This document shows, piece after piece, positions 50,478 through 60,668 of a stretch of 64,000 bases of DNA. Position 1 is the stretch's first letter; each line of letters opens with the position of its first letter. The stretch covers positions 96,001 to 160,000 of the forward strand of contig CAWEPZ010000002.1 of NCBI GenBank assembly GCA_963811105.1, read 5' to 3'. The translations under genes were made by a program, and so were the position numbers. The stretch comes from Candidatus Bathyarchaeota archaeon (GTDB lineage Archaea > Thermoproteota > Bathyarchaeia > Bathyarchaeales > Bathycorpusculaceae). The notes beneath the pieces were generated by a model, which saw nothing but the letters and a program-made list of their open reading frames with translations, was not told the origin of the DNA and did not search any database.

Positions 50478-51085
50478 CAGCGCTTGTGATGGCTGGAGGA
50501 AAAGGAACCCGTATGCAATTAGCAGAAGAGAAGCCGTTGATTAATGTATGCGGCAAACCAGCAATCGAATACGTTATCGCCGCCCTAAAAAGAGCTAAAA
50601 AAATTGACTCAATCTTTGTCGCCACAACCAGCTGCACGCCTAAAACTGCTAAGCTTATGACACAATTCCCAGTCAAATTAATTCAAACGCCTGGAAATAA
50701 TTACGTTTCTGACATGGGATACGCCGCACAAAACCTCAGACTGGGGGTTTTTCTAGCCATAGCCGCTGATTTGCCGCTGGTCACGTCCAAAGCTTTGGAC
50801 ACAATCGTTGAACGCTACGAGCACTGCGGCAAACCTGCTCTAACTGTAGCCGTTCCGTTGGTAACCAAAACTAAGCTTGGTATGAGCGTTGAGTACAAGT
50901 TCAAAATGGATGACCGTGATGTGGTTCCAACAGGCATCAATGTAATTGACGGGCACAAACGCTACGGTGACGAATGGCTCGACCAAGATATTTTCCTGTT
51001 TGATTTGGAAGAGTTAGCTGTAAACGTTAACACAATAGAAGAATTGCAGCTAGCAGAACGTTTACTAGTTAAGAAACAAAATTAA
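50468..51085 (+). CDS. cobY: adenosylcobinamide-phosphate guanylyltransferase CobY
   Basis: MGITALVMAGGKGTRM, EKPL, YVSDM, ADLP, NVNT. Confidence 0.88.
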   Translation: MGITALVMAGGKGTRMQLAEEKPLINVCGKPAIEYVIAALKRAKKIDSIFVATTSCTPKTAKLMTQFPVKLIQTPGNNYVSDMGYAAQNLRLGVFLAIAADLPLVTSKALDTIVERYEHCGKPALTVAVPLVTKTKLGMSVEYKFKMDDRDVVPTGINVIDGHKRYGDEWLDQDIFLFDLEELAVNVNTIEELQLAERLLVKKQN

Positions 51086-51979
51086 ACCGCAGAACCAAAT
51101 TCTTTCTGCCTAATCTGTAAAACCTCGATCAGAGTTGCCTGCATTTTTCTTGCATCCACGTCATTGATTGGTGATTCGCATATAATTGTTGGATGCATTT
51201 GGAAATCAGTAATTACCTCAGCGAGTTTGCGGAAATCTGGTCCATACCTTTTTTCGTCAAGAGGGTGATGTTGCTTTTCTCCTTGGCTGTTGAACTCGAT
51301 TGCAGAAAAATGGCAATGCATGTTTCTGAGGGTTTCTGTCCCGAGTCTCTCCTCAACTTTTTCAGCCACTGCCCGAAAATCCTCAACAGTTCTTAAAGGC
51401 GCCCAGACTTCTCGCATGCAAATGTCCCCAGTCCAGCACGAGCTGTGTGCCCTCAACTTCTTGACAGATAGTGAGGATTTCGTCTAAGCTGCCTACTTGG
51501 AATTTTCTGCCCATCGTTTCAGGTCCGAGCTTCACCTTCAAGCCAAGACTATTCATTTCGGCATTAACTTCCTTTAAGGCGTCAAGGCAGGTTTTAAAAG
51601 CAAACTCCTTTTCGAACCTACCGTAAAAGCCCATGTGAAAAACCAGCACGTAAGCTCCCATCCAGTCGGCTGCCGTCACGGCTGCAATTAACCGGCGTTT
51701 GCTCGCTTCTACAACCTCCTTTTTTCCTGACAAGTTAATGTAGTATGAACCATGCATGCTGAGCTTTACGTCGTTTTTCCTAGCTTCCTCGCCGAGTTTT
51801 ACTGCATGTTCCTGTTTTATTTGCGGTTTTTGACCCCACTGAACCGCTCCGTACTCAAAGGCGTCAAGCCCTTCCTCACGCAAAAGCCTTGGGACGTCAA
51901 GCGTTGTTGCTCCCATAAGCCTGAACATGGGTGGAACTCCTGCTGGACCAAAACGAGTATGCTCTGCCATTTTATTCAC
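51082..51979 (-). pseudogene. endonuclease IV (AP endonuclease) with a +1 frameshift near 51396
   Basis: FGPAG, HGSYYINL, ETMG, DWGHLHAR, then HCHFS, GEKQH and ICESP in the next frame; extra base in an A3 run. Confidence 0.85.
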
Positions 51980-52041
51980 TCATACAATTAGGCTAGATTT
52001 ATTCAATATTCTTTCTCGTTTAAAAAGCGTAAGGATCTTAT

Positions 52042-52466
52042 TTAGAACATTTCTAACAAAAAAATTAATGCGCCGCTGATGACAGCGGCAACCCAAACAA
52101 TTAGGGTAGGCATCATGTACTTTTTGGCCGTGGCGCATCTCATTACAAACGAATAAAATGTAAGCCAAATAGCAATAAACGCAAATCCGGACAAAAATGC
52201 TGCCGAGCCTAAAATTTACATGAAGCCACGTGTTAAATGAGAATGCTATTGAAAGATCAAATATAGGATCAAAATTGTAAATTAGGTATGGAATCATAAG
52301 CACAAAAATTAGGACAGCCGGCAAAGCAAGCGAAACCGCTGTTGAGGTGCCATGCCTTTGAAGGTTCTTTTTGGCATTTAAGCCTCTTATAAGCGGCAAT
52401 CCGAGGACCAGCAAAAAACACTGCAACGATCGATAAGGCGAGAGTAATGCTTTCCATTGGTTCCAT
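52042..52466 (-). pseudogene. DUF420-like four-TM protein with 2-3 frameshifts
   Basis: MEPMESITLAL.., NLQRHG, VLMIP, WLHV, KKYMMPTLIVW read across several frames. Confidence 0.6.
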
Positions 52467-52574
52467 GAACAAACTTATTGCGCCTAAAAGCAAAGGCAAA
52501 TGCCACAGTCTAAATGTTTTCTCATCACATCTTTATCGATAAGCGCATCGGACAGCGGCTGCAGAAACCGTAAT

Positions 52575-53357
52575 TTACAGTAGCTGAACTATGGTTGGAA
52601 CATGCACAAAAACATAGACATAAACAGCTGTTGCTAAAATGCCGACAATTATTGCTAATAAAGCGTAGTCTCCGCGGTGAAGTTTCAATGCATAAAGATT
52701 AGTACGTTTCTTCGTGGCTCCCCATGCTCGGGACTCCATTGCTTCTGCCAACTCTAAGCTTCGGCGAATAGCACTCACAATCAAAGGAATCAGCACAGGC
52801 ACGTAATTCCTAATTCTCTTGAATATGCCCCCTTTTTCAAGCTCTAATCCTCGTGCTTTTTGTGCATCCATTATTGTCTGGGCTTCTTCCGCCAGTACAG
52901 GGACAAATCGCACGGCGGTGGTGAAGGCGAAGGCGAATTCGTATGGCACACGTGATTCTTCAAGTGCGAGGCCTAAATGGTCGGGTGAAGTGGTCAGGAA
53001 GAAAACGCTGAAAGATTCAACTAGCACCACAAAACGTAGCGTCAGAGCAACGGCGCTCTCTATACTAGCTGCTGTCAAAGTGTATCCTAAAGTGAAGTAG
53101 GTTGTTGCAACGTTAACCACAAAAATGAATGCTGCTAGAAAAGCTGCCCCTCGCAAGGATCGCAGCCACTGCCTTTGAACACGGGCCAACAAAACAAACG
53201 GAATCTGCATGCCGAACAGGATAAGCAAGGGAATAATTTGGATGAAGGTGATGGCGACTACGAATATGGCGATGACATAAGCGAATTTTATTCTAGGGTC
53301 TAGATTATGGATTGGAGAGTATACTTTCCTGAACTTTAAGCCGTCGAAAACACTCAT
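52575..53357 (-). CDS. ecfT: ECF transporter transmembrane component
   Basis: HNLDPR, RFVPVL, AQKARG, AMESRAW. Confidence 0.93.
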   Translation of the reverse strand: MSVFDGLKFRKVYSPIHNLDPRIKFAYVIAIFVVAITFIQIIPLLILFGMQIPFVLLARVQRQWLRSLRGAAFLAAFIFVVNVATTYFTLGYTLTAASIESAVALTLRFVVLVESFSVFFLTTSPDHLGLALEESRVPYEFAFAFTTAVRFVPVLAEEAQTIMDAQKARGLELEKGGIFKRIRNYVPVLIPLIVSAIRRSLELAEAMESRAWGATKKRTNLYALKLHRGDYALLAIIVGILATAVYVYVFVHVPTIVQLL

Positions 53358-54184
53358 ATTCGCATTTTACTCTCCTTAGACTTTAGGATTATTTGTTTGG
53401 CTTCGTAGATATCGATGATGTTTTTTGGAAAGCCAAGCTCTGAGAGTTTGGTAAAAACTTGGGCTATCTGCGGCAACACAATAGAAGATAGCTCCAGAAG
53501 TGCAGGGTTAGTTAGAATATCTTTTCCGATACCGTCGGCTACAAGTTTGCCTTCCTTCATCAAAATAACTCTTGGATTACATTCAGCCACAAACTCAACA
53601 TCGTGTGTGACAATTACAACGGTTTTCTGCTGCGTTTGCATCTGCAAAATGAATTGGCGCAACCTCTCTTTCTGTGCATGGTCTTGCCCGATTGTGGGTT
53701 CATCTAAAATCAAGGTTTTCGGATCCCAAGCTAAAACGGAAGCCAACGCCACACGTTTCCGCTCGCCTCCGCTTAGTAGGAAAGGTGAAGTTTTCCTGTA
53801 TTGAGTCAACGATAAAAGGTTCAAAGCCCAAGTTATCCGCTTCTCTATGACCTCTGCTTCAAATCCGAAATTCTTGAGGGCAAAAGCAATTTCGTCTTCA
53901 ACGGTTTCGCTGAATAGTTGGTGGTCTGGGTTCTGGAAAACAAAGCCGACGTTTCGAGCTAAGGCTGCAACACTAGTTTTAGTTGTTTCAACGCCGTCCA
54001 CACGAACTGTGCCGGTTGTGGGCTTGAGTAAGCCGTTGAAGTGTTTGACGAATGTTGATTTTCCCGCGCCGTTTTGCCCCATGATGGCGATGAATTCGCC
54101 GTCTTTTATGATTAGAGAGACGCCTTTGAGAGCTTCCACTTTGTTGGGATAAGAATAATGAATGTCTCGGGCCTCAATCACCAT
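53354..54184 (-). CDS. ecfA2: ECF transporter ATPase
   Basis: GQNGAGKST, FQNPDHQ, LSGGE, LDEPT. Confidence 0.92.
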   Translation of the reverse strand: MVIEARDIHYSYPNKVEALKGVSLIIKDGEFIAIMGQNGAGKSTFVKHFNGLLKPTTGTVRVDGVETTKTSVAALARNVGFVFQNPDHQLFSETVEDEIAFALKNFGFEAEVIEKRITWALNLLSLTQYRKTSPFLLSGGERKRVALASVLAWDPKTLILDEPTIGQDHAQKERLRQFILQMQTQQKTVVIVTHDVEFVAECNPRVILMKEGKLVADGIGKDILTNPALLELSSIVLPQIAQVFTKLSELGFPKNIIDIYEAKQIILKSKESKMRI

Positions 54185-55029
54185 TATTTGAGCGCCTCTA
54201 AGAGTTGGTCGGCTAACTCTGCTGACGACAATGGTGTCGTGTTCCCAAGGTTTAAGCCCTCTTTCTTTAGCATTTGGTACAGCAATGTTGCTTTGGGAAT
54301 TCCTACACCGACTAAGCGGGTTTCTTCAGAGCTGAGGATTTCCCTTGGGGTTCCTTCAAATCGGACTTTTCCCTCGTCCATAACTATGAGGTGATTAGCA
54401 TATTTTGCTGTCAAATCCAATCTGTGCTCTACAAGAATAACAGTTATTCTTTGCTTTTTGTTTAAATCATAAATTACTTCAAAAATTTTCTCCGCGCTTA
54501 GAGGGTCAAGAAAAGATGTTGGTTCATCTAAAACGATGATTTCTGGCTCCATTGCCAAAACGGACGCTATAGCCACACGTTGCTGTTGTCCGCCTGAGAT
54601 TTCGTGAGGGGAGCGTTCTCGTAAATCGTAAATATCTGTTTGGTTTAATGCCCAATCAACCTTCTTGCGCATTTCGTTTCGAGGAAAACCCATGTTCTCT
54701 AACCCAAAAGCCACGTCCTTCTCAACTGAAAGTGAAAAAAGCTGATTTTCGGGGTTCTGAAATACTAAACCAACATGTTTAGCCATTTCATATGTATGAT
54801 GCTTAAGTGTATCTTCACCTGCAACAGTGATTTCACCTTTCAATTCACCCTGATAGAAATGGGGGACTAGTCCATTGAAGCATCGGCACAAGGTTGTTTT
54901 TCCACAGCCGCTTGGCCCCGTGATTAAAACAAACTCACCCTTCTCAACTTTGATTGAAATGTCTAAAATTGACGGTTTCGCCGCGCCAGGATAAGTGTAG
55001 GTAAGGTTTTTTGTTTCAATGATAGCCAT
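54184..55029 (-). CDS. ecfA1: ECF transporter ATPase
   Basis: GPSGCGKTT, FQNPENQ, ISGGQQQR, LDEPT. Confidence 0.92.
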   Translation of the reverse strand: MAIIETKNLTYTYPGAAKPSILDISIKVEKGEFVLITGPSGCGKTTLCRCFNGLVPHFYQGELKGEITVAGEDTLKHHTYEMAKHVGLVFQNPENQLFSLSVEKDVAFGLENMGFPRNEMRKKVDWALNQTDIYDLRERSPHEISGGQQQRVAIASVLAMEPEIIVLDEPTSFLDPLSAEKIFEVIYDLNKKQRITVILVEHRLDLTAKYANHLIVMDEGKVRFEGTPREILSSEETRLVGVGIPKATLLYQMLKKEGLNLGNTTPLSSAELADQLLEALK

Positions 55030-55080
55030 GTTTCTTGTGCCTGTATCCTTAAGCGTAAGAGTTTGCTCATTTAAGCGTAG

Positions 55081-56079
55081 CTACGCATTTTTGGACAAAT
55101 TTCGCTTCAATAATATTAGACATTGCTTTAATGTTGGCTCAATTTCTCCCATGCCGCTTACTCCTGCCGCCATAGCATGTCCTCCGCCGACTCCTCCCAG
55201 AAATTCGCCCAACGGTGACGCAACATCTTTTCCCAGGTTGACTCCTGTTTCCTCCGTAAATTGCCGTACGCAACGTAGGCTTATCTCAATTTTGCCGTTT
55301 TTCATCCCTGCCACCGCTGACACATGCGCTCCTAAATCAACAAGGGCTTTGGCCGCGGGAGCTTGATAGGCGCTGACGTGCGAGAGCGCGATTATCCAGT
55401 CCTTAATTCTTATGATTTTGGCTCGTTTGCAGGCTTTCAACTTGGCTAAACGCTCCGAAGCATCTATGGGTAAAGCAAACTGAGCTAAAGTTGCCTGAGC
55501 ATCAATGCCCTGCTTAACCAACTTAGACACAATTTGCAAGGTAGCGGAACTTGCTAATGCGAAATGCCTTGTATCAAAAGCTATGCCAACAAACAACGCC
55601 TTAGCCTCGTTAAAATCAGGTTTTGCTTTAGCTTGCCGAAACAGTTTATACACTATTTCGCAGTTAGCTGCTGCCTTGTCATCTAGAATGCACAATTTGC
55701 AGTTTTTCTTTGTTTCAGGATTTGGAAAATGATGGTCTATGATTATTTTCGGCGCCGCAGATTTCTGTATGATGTCTTCCACTAGATCAAGCTGGCCAAC
55801 TGTATTCATGTCAAGGAGAACTATGACGTCTGCGGATTCTATATTAGGCTTCAAGTTAACCGTGATTGGCATAAGCTCCAAAAGCACCTTAGACGGTTTA
55901 TTAATGCCCTGCGGACACCCAATCTCAACCACGACATTTGGCAAAAACCGCTTCAGTAAACTCTGAAGCCCATAAGCAGAACAAATAGCGTCAGCATCAG
56001 CGCTACGATGACAAAGCAAAAGGACAAAACCTGCTTGGCTATCCTTTAAAACTGTTATTAGTTTTTGAAAATCAGTCAT
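55081..56079 (-). CDS. DHH family phosphoesterase
   Basis: HRSADADA, IIDHH, DTRHF, GGGHAMAAG. Confidence 0.9.
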   Translation of the reverse strand: MTDFQKLITVLKDSQAGFVLLLCHRSADADAICSAYGLQSLLKRFLPNVVVEIGCPQGINKPSKVLLELMPITVNLKPNIESADVIVLLDMNTVGQLDLVEDIIQKSAAPKIIIDHHFPNPETKKNCKLCILDDKAAANCEIVYKLFRQAKAKPDFNEAKALFVGIAFDTRHFALASSATLQIVSKLVKQGIDAQATLAQFALPIDASERLAKLKACKRAKIIRIKDWIIALSHVSAYQAPAAKALVDLGAHVSAVAGMKNGKIEISLRCVRQFTEETGVNLGKDVASPLGEFLGGVGGGHAMAAGVSGMGEIEPTLKQCLILLKRNLSKNA

Positions 56080-56363
56080 TTTGTTTTTCTCAAATAGCTT
56101 TCACTGGCCTTATGCGCTTCAATAGTGGCTTCTTGAACCAGAGTCTTAGCATTGATTCCTTTAGCTTCCGGCGTTAGAGCAAGCTCTATTTCCACTGTTA
56201 CATTTACTGGTTTTGACCCTTCAGCTTCCACGCTGATGTTAAGTCTATCAACCATTTTGGAAGAAACTTTGGAGAGAACGTATTTTCGGGCCGCGCTCTC
56301 CGCAGTTGAACATAAAGTTTCAATTTGCTCAGTGGTTAGCTCTGGTATTCCCAGCTCTACCAC
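56076..56363 (-). CDS. DUF3194 family protein
   Basis: IPELTTEQIE..AESAAR; conserved archaeal position between prefoldin beta and DHH. Confidence 0.75.
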   Translation of the reverse strand: MVELGIPELTTEQIETLCSTAESAARKYVLSKVSSKMVDRLNISVEAEGSKPVNVTVEIELALTPEAKGINAKTLVQEATIEAHKASESYLRKTK

Positions 56364-56377
56364 AACAATGCACCTTT

Positions 56378-56752
56378 TTACGATGTTGGGGGCTGTGAAA
56401 CTGGACTTAAGTCTTCTTGGAGTTTGGTTTGCGATTCTTTAATTTGACTTCGCATTCGCTCTTCTTGTCTTGCCAAAACAGTGGTTCTTGTGTCCAAAAG
56501 CTCTTTGCGCTCAACAAGTTCTTCAGTTACCTTAGGCTTTTCTGCTTTAACCAATAATGAGCCGATTGCCTTGTAAATCACAGCCTCATCAGCTGTTTTT
56601 TGCAGTTCAGCAATGGTTTGCTCAACCTCTGTTTTTTCCATGTCAACCTGCTGTTTCTGCTGCAAAATTGTCTGTAAAGTTTGCTGCAGTTGCTGCAGTC
56701 TAAGAAGCCTTTCTTGCACGTTAGGCGGTAACTTTGAAAGTTCATCACTCAA
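56378..56752 (-). CDS. pfdB: prefoldin beta subunit
   Basis: LPPNVQ, coiled coils, VIYKAIGSLLVK. Confidence 0.93.
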   Translation of the reverse strand: MSDELSKLPPNVQERLLRLQQLQQTLQTILQQKQQVDMEKTEVEQTIAELQKTADEAVIYKAIGSLLVKAEKPKVTEELVERKELLDTRTTVLARQEERMRSQIKESQTKLQEDLSPVSQPPTS

Positions 56753-56832
56753 ATTTTATCCTTCCGTGTCTCAGCAATAAGATAAGCTCTTAATTAAGCA
56801 TTTCCAACAAACGCAATGCATAATTAAGCATG

Positions 56833-58125
56833 TTATGTGACTGTTTGGTTCCAATAGTAAACATTCTGGTAGCCACCACTAGCAACTGGATACGCTGGGT
56901 CTTCATATACTATGTCAAGGCTCACCCCATAACGAGCCAAGAGTGTACTAGTTGCTAACCCAATTTGCTGTGACCTGCCGTCGGTTAACCAGAAACCCCA
57001 AATAGTATCATTTGGAGACCGCATGCCCCACCCATAATTTTTCGGAAGCACCAACGCTGCTTCTGGCAAACTGTGGTCAACAAATTTCTTGTTGTTGATG
57101 TCGTTCCAAAATCTTTGAAGAGCAATGAACTGTTGATCCGTCATGACACCGTAATTGTTTCCCTGGACATAGGGGTAATTAAAAACTGCTATGTATTTTG
57201 CGCCTGCTTCATAAGAGGTTAACATTTGATTGTAAATTTCATCTCCACTATCAAGGTAAGGATCCTGGTTATATTTCCAAGTGATTATTGTACCCCACTC
57301 CTTGTTTTGAAGCCTTGCCGCACCTTTAACCAGAGCAATTTGTTCTGCCACACTACTGTTCCAGCCGAGCTCAGCAAACATAACATTGTAACCACCCAAA
57401 TAATTCCACCAATATAGGCAGTAGTCAGAAGTGAAGATGGGGATTCCCGCAGCAGTTAGGTTTTGGATTCCTGGATCTCCCCTAATGACGTCTTCTGTGA
57501 AGAAATGGGCTTCCAAATCATAGTTCTGCGGTTTAGTGCCGTTTTGGGCTGCGTCAAGCATTCGCAAGTAAATTTGGTATTGATCCCTTGCTGCAGGATG
57601 GTCAATTCGGGTTAAATTCTGTCCAATTATGTTAAAAACTTGTGCCCAGTTTGCATCAAGCTGAACCCCTCCAACCTCATCGTTATAGTAAACGCCAAGA
57701 AACTTGTCACCCCATCTTTCTGTCCACCGTTGCTTAATGGTATCAAGCGATTGGGTCTTCCAAAACCAAGTTAGATTTGCGCCACTTCGGTCAGTAATGT
57801 CTTTAATGCCAAGGTTAATGATTATGCTTAAGCTCTTGGAAACGGCGTAATCCCCGATTTCCTCCACTGCGGTTTGGTTTGCGCTGATTGGGTTTCTGCC
57901 AGAATCTAAAATAAACAGGTTCGTGTAGCTTTGAACTCTGTCAATCATCAGCTTGGCTTCTTGGGTGGTGTTTCCGCAGAATGCAACCCCGATGTATGCG
58001 CCTGGGTCAGGTTTGGATGTGTTTAGATTGGAATACACAAAAAATGTTGCCCCAACAGAAACCGTCAGAATGAGTATCAGCAAGGTAGGAATCAGATACT
58101 TCCTTACTTGTCTGAGACTGCTCAT
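56833..58125 (-). CDS. membrane-anchored extracellular hypothetical protein
   Basis: N-terminal TM helix, GVYYNDEVGG, WGTIITW, many NxS/T sequons. Confidence 0.75.
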   Translation of the reverse strand: MSSLRQVRKYLIPTLLILILTVSVGATFFVYSNLNTSKPDPGAYIGVAFCGNTTQEAKLMIDRVQSYTNLFILDSGRNPISANQTAVEEIGDYAVSKSLSIIINLGIKDITDRSGANLTWFWKTQSLDTIKQRWTERWGDKFLGVYYNDEVGGVQLDANWAQVFNIIGQNLTRIDHPAARDQYQIYLRMLDAAQNGTKPQNYDLEAHFFTEDVIRGDPGIQNLTAAGIPIFTSDYCLYWWNYLGGYNVMFAELGWNSSVAEQIALVKGAARLQNKEWGTIITWKYNQDPYLDSGDEIYNQMLTSYEAGAKYIAVFNYPYVQGNNYGVMTDQQFIALQRFWNDINNKKFVDHSLPEAALVLPKNYGWGMRSPNDTIWGFWLTDGRSQQIGLATSTLLARYGVSLDIVYEDPAYPVASGGYQNVYYWNQTVT

Positions 58126-58331
58126 AGGTTAAAACCTTTAACTAAAATGCAGACATCTCTCTTATCTCATTTACGTTAAATCAACCTATTAGCGCTTTAA
58201 CCTGTAAACGATCAGATTTCTGTCATGAGAGATGGTGATAATTTTCCAGGATCTTTTGTTCTAATTGACAATTCTTTTATATCTATTACTAACCCAGGTA
58301 TTGTACTAATTACGTTAAAGGACGCTTTTGA

Positions 58332-59414
58332 GTGGAAAAGGGGAACTTAGGTTCAAAAACCAGAATTATTCTTCCAGACGACATAATTCGCACCTTAGCA
58401 ATTTTTCTCGTTGTCCTCCTCCATGCATCGAACGAAGTCCTGGAAGCATCTTTAGTGCCAAGTGCATATTGGTGGACGGCAGTTGTCTACAAAAGCATAT
58501 CTCTATTCTGTGTTCCACTATTTGTTATTTTAAGCGGTGCTCTCCTGCTTCAACCAGCCAAATTAAGCGAGCCCATACGAGTCTTCCTTAAAAAACGGTT
58601 AAGCCGTCTAGGGTTAGCCTTTGTGTTTTGGAGCGCTATTTATTTGGCATGGGGATTCTTCATATCCCATACGCCTGTAACCCTCGATAATATTGGTAAA
58701 GGTATATTGTATGATTTGTTCAGCGGCGCCTATTACCATTTCTGGTTTATCTACCTTATAGTTGGCCTCTACTTGATTACGCCAATTCTAAGAGTAATAA
58801 TTTCTTGCGGAAGTGAGAAAATTCTGCGGTATCTGATTTTGCTCTGGTTTGTAGGCGTTGCAGTTGTGCCTATTTTAGAATTAGCCAGCGGATTAGCGCT
58901 GAACAGTAATGTCTTTGTATTTGGAGGTTGGATAGGGTACTATGTTTTAGGCACATACCTGCAACGAATAAAGGTGCGCTCTTCCATCCTGTTCGGGTTA
59001 TTAATTGCAGGATTTGCCACAACAATCTTTGGGGTTTGGCTAATGACTTACCCCTTAATTTCGATTGGGCAAAGTGACTTCTTTTTCGATTACCTCACTG
59101 CAAACGTAATCGTAGGCTCAGCCGCACTTTTTATGATTCTGATTAAGTTCCGTTCTGACTGGCCAGGATCCAACCACCCCGTTATCGGCAAAGTCGTCAC
59201 TGCCATCAGCAAAAACACTTTGCCTATCTTCCTCTTTCACGTCATAATTCTGGAGTCATTTCAAAGGGGGTTCTTCTTCGGCTTCAAACTAAGCTATACA
59301 ATATTAAATCCAATAATTGAAATTCCATTGATCGCTGTGTTAACGCTTTTCCTCACCCTTGGCTTGGTGCTATTGATGCGTAGAGTGCCCGTGCTCAAGA
59401 AACTTATAGGCTAA
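58332..59414 (+). CDS. acyltransferase family 3 membrane protein
   Basis: DIIRTLAIFLVVLLH, VPLFVILSGALL, HFWFIY, IFLFH. Confidence 0.9.
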   Translation: MEKGNLGSKTRIILPDDIIRTLAIFLVVLLHASNEVLEASLVPSAYWWTAVVYKSISLFCVPLFVILSGALLLQPAKLSEPIRVFLKKRLSRLGLAFVFWSAIYLAWGFFISHTPVTLDNIGKGILYDLFSGAYYHFWFIYLIVGLYLITPILRVIISCGSEKILRYLILLWFVGVAVVPILELASGLALNSNVFVFGGWIGYYVLGTYLQRIKVRSSILFGLLIAGFATTIFGVWLMTYPLISIGQSDFFFDYLTANVIVGSAALFMILIKFRSDWPGSNHPVIGKVVTAISKNTLPIFLFHVIILESFQRGFFFGFKLSYTILNPIIEIPLIAVLTLFLTLGLVLLMRRVPVLKKLIG

Positions 59415-60098
59415 GCTTAAGATTTTATTGACTTGATATATTGTTTGTGCGATAATTTGATCGCCCTGAGCGTTAGGGTGCACTCCGTCTGAGAAATATT
59501 CCGGATAATTAGCCAGAGGCGTATAAACGTCAATTAGAGGTAAACCTAAGTCATTTGCAACTTGGTGTATACGGGGAATTATTTCTTGCGCGTAAGCGGT
59601 GCTGTTCAAACCAATTGTATTGTTAAAGATTGGCGGCGGGATAACCAGAAAAACCTGGGGTTGACTTATGAATCGTCTGGTTCCATTCATCATATGCTGA
59701 ATCATGTACTCGTAATTAGAGGTGAAATTTCCAATTGCTTCGTTAAGGTTGATTCTTGCATCGTTTGTCCCAAGCATAATAATAACTGTAGTCGGCAGAA
59801 AAGCTCTGGCATTTCTGTATTCATCGCTAAAATAGTACGTTCTGTCTGAATAGAAATTTATGGCTGCCCCATTATCGCCGAAGTTTTCCACAACCGAGTT
59901 TTTGCCAAGTAATGTCTGTAGATCCGATGGATACATTGTCATATTGGTGATGCTGTCTCCAAGGCATGCAACACGCTTTAATTTTCCAGAATCGCTAATA
60001 TTTGATTGTAGGCTTTGAGAAAAAACCGCGATTAAGCTCAAGGCTATGATTAGAATGGTTATAATCGCTGCAGAGATTGTTTTTCTTTTCGTGTTCAT
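59370..60098 (-). CDS. SGNH/GDSL esterase with N-terminal anchor
   Basis: CLGDSIT, MLGTND, DGVHPN. Confidence 0.92.
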   Translation of the reverse strand: MNTKRKTISAAIITILIIALSLIAVFSQSLQSNISDSGKLKRVACLGDSITNMTMYPSDLQTLLGKNSVVENFGDNGAAINFYSDRTYYFSDEYRNARAFLPTTVIIMLGTNDARINLNEAIGNFTSNYEYMIQHMMNGTRRFISQPQVFLVIPPPIFNNTIGLNSTAYAQEIIPRIHQVANDLGLPLIDVYTPLANYPEYFSDGVHPNAQGDQIIAQTIYQVNKILSLAYKFLEHGHSTHQ

Positions 60099-60279
60099 TG
60101 GGATCTTGCCATACGAGCCATTTGTTAACTTGGATGGGTTCGTGTAACTGAAAGGTTGAGGTATAGAGGTTTTTTTGCTTTGTGGTTTCTATAGATAAAA
60201 TGAAGAGAATCCTTGTCCTTGGTGAATGAAGTCTTTTTAAGCAATCCCAGTATTACCAAACATAAAGGGGACACCGCAA

Positions 60280-60651
60280 GTGGAACGTGCCAAGGTCGTA
60301 AAAGAAGAGTTGCTTCAACAAGATATGCGTTTTTTAGCAGTTTATGTTGAAGCTAAAAACTCCATCATGATAATGTTGAGCGAAAAAGAGGATAAGCTCG
60401 GAACTTTAGCAATCGCCGTTCCTAAACCCAAAGACATGATTGGCTCAGTCACTTCATCGGTGCTTTTAGGAGACAAAAATGTCATTTCGGCAAGAATGTT
60501 TGCTGAGTATGTTGCTTCTAAAAAAGGCAAAATCGCCATGGTTTCAGTCTACCTGGAAAAAATCGGCGAAATCCAAGCGCAAGAATTCTTTATGCACTTA
60601 ATTGAAAAGCTCATTAAAAGTGAAAGCCAAAAAGAGGCAACCACAACCTAA
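60280..60651 (+). CDS. hypothetical protein (possibly proteasome assembly chaperone 4-like)
   Basis: KLGTLAIAVP, SSVLLG, AMVSVY pattern. Confidence 0.55.
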   Translation: MERAKVVKEELLQQDMRFLAVYVEAKNSIMIMLSEKEDKLGTLAIAVPKPKDMIGSVTSSVLLGDKNVISARMFAEYVASKKGKIAMVSVYLEKIGEIQAQEFFMHLIEKLIKSESQKEATTT

Positions 60652-60668
60652 CACAAGCTGAACTACTG

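Noticed and set aside
51385-51405. Programmed frameshift in endonuclease IV
   Set aside because: No canonical slippery heptamer or evident stimulatory structure; a homopolymer indel is simpler
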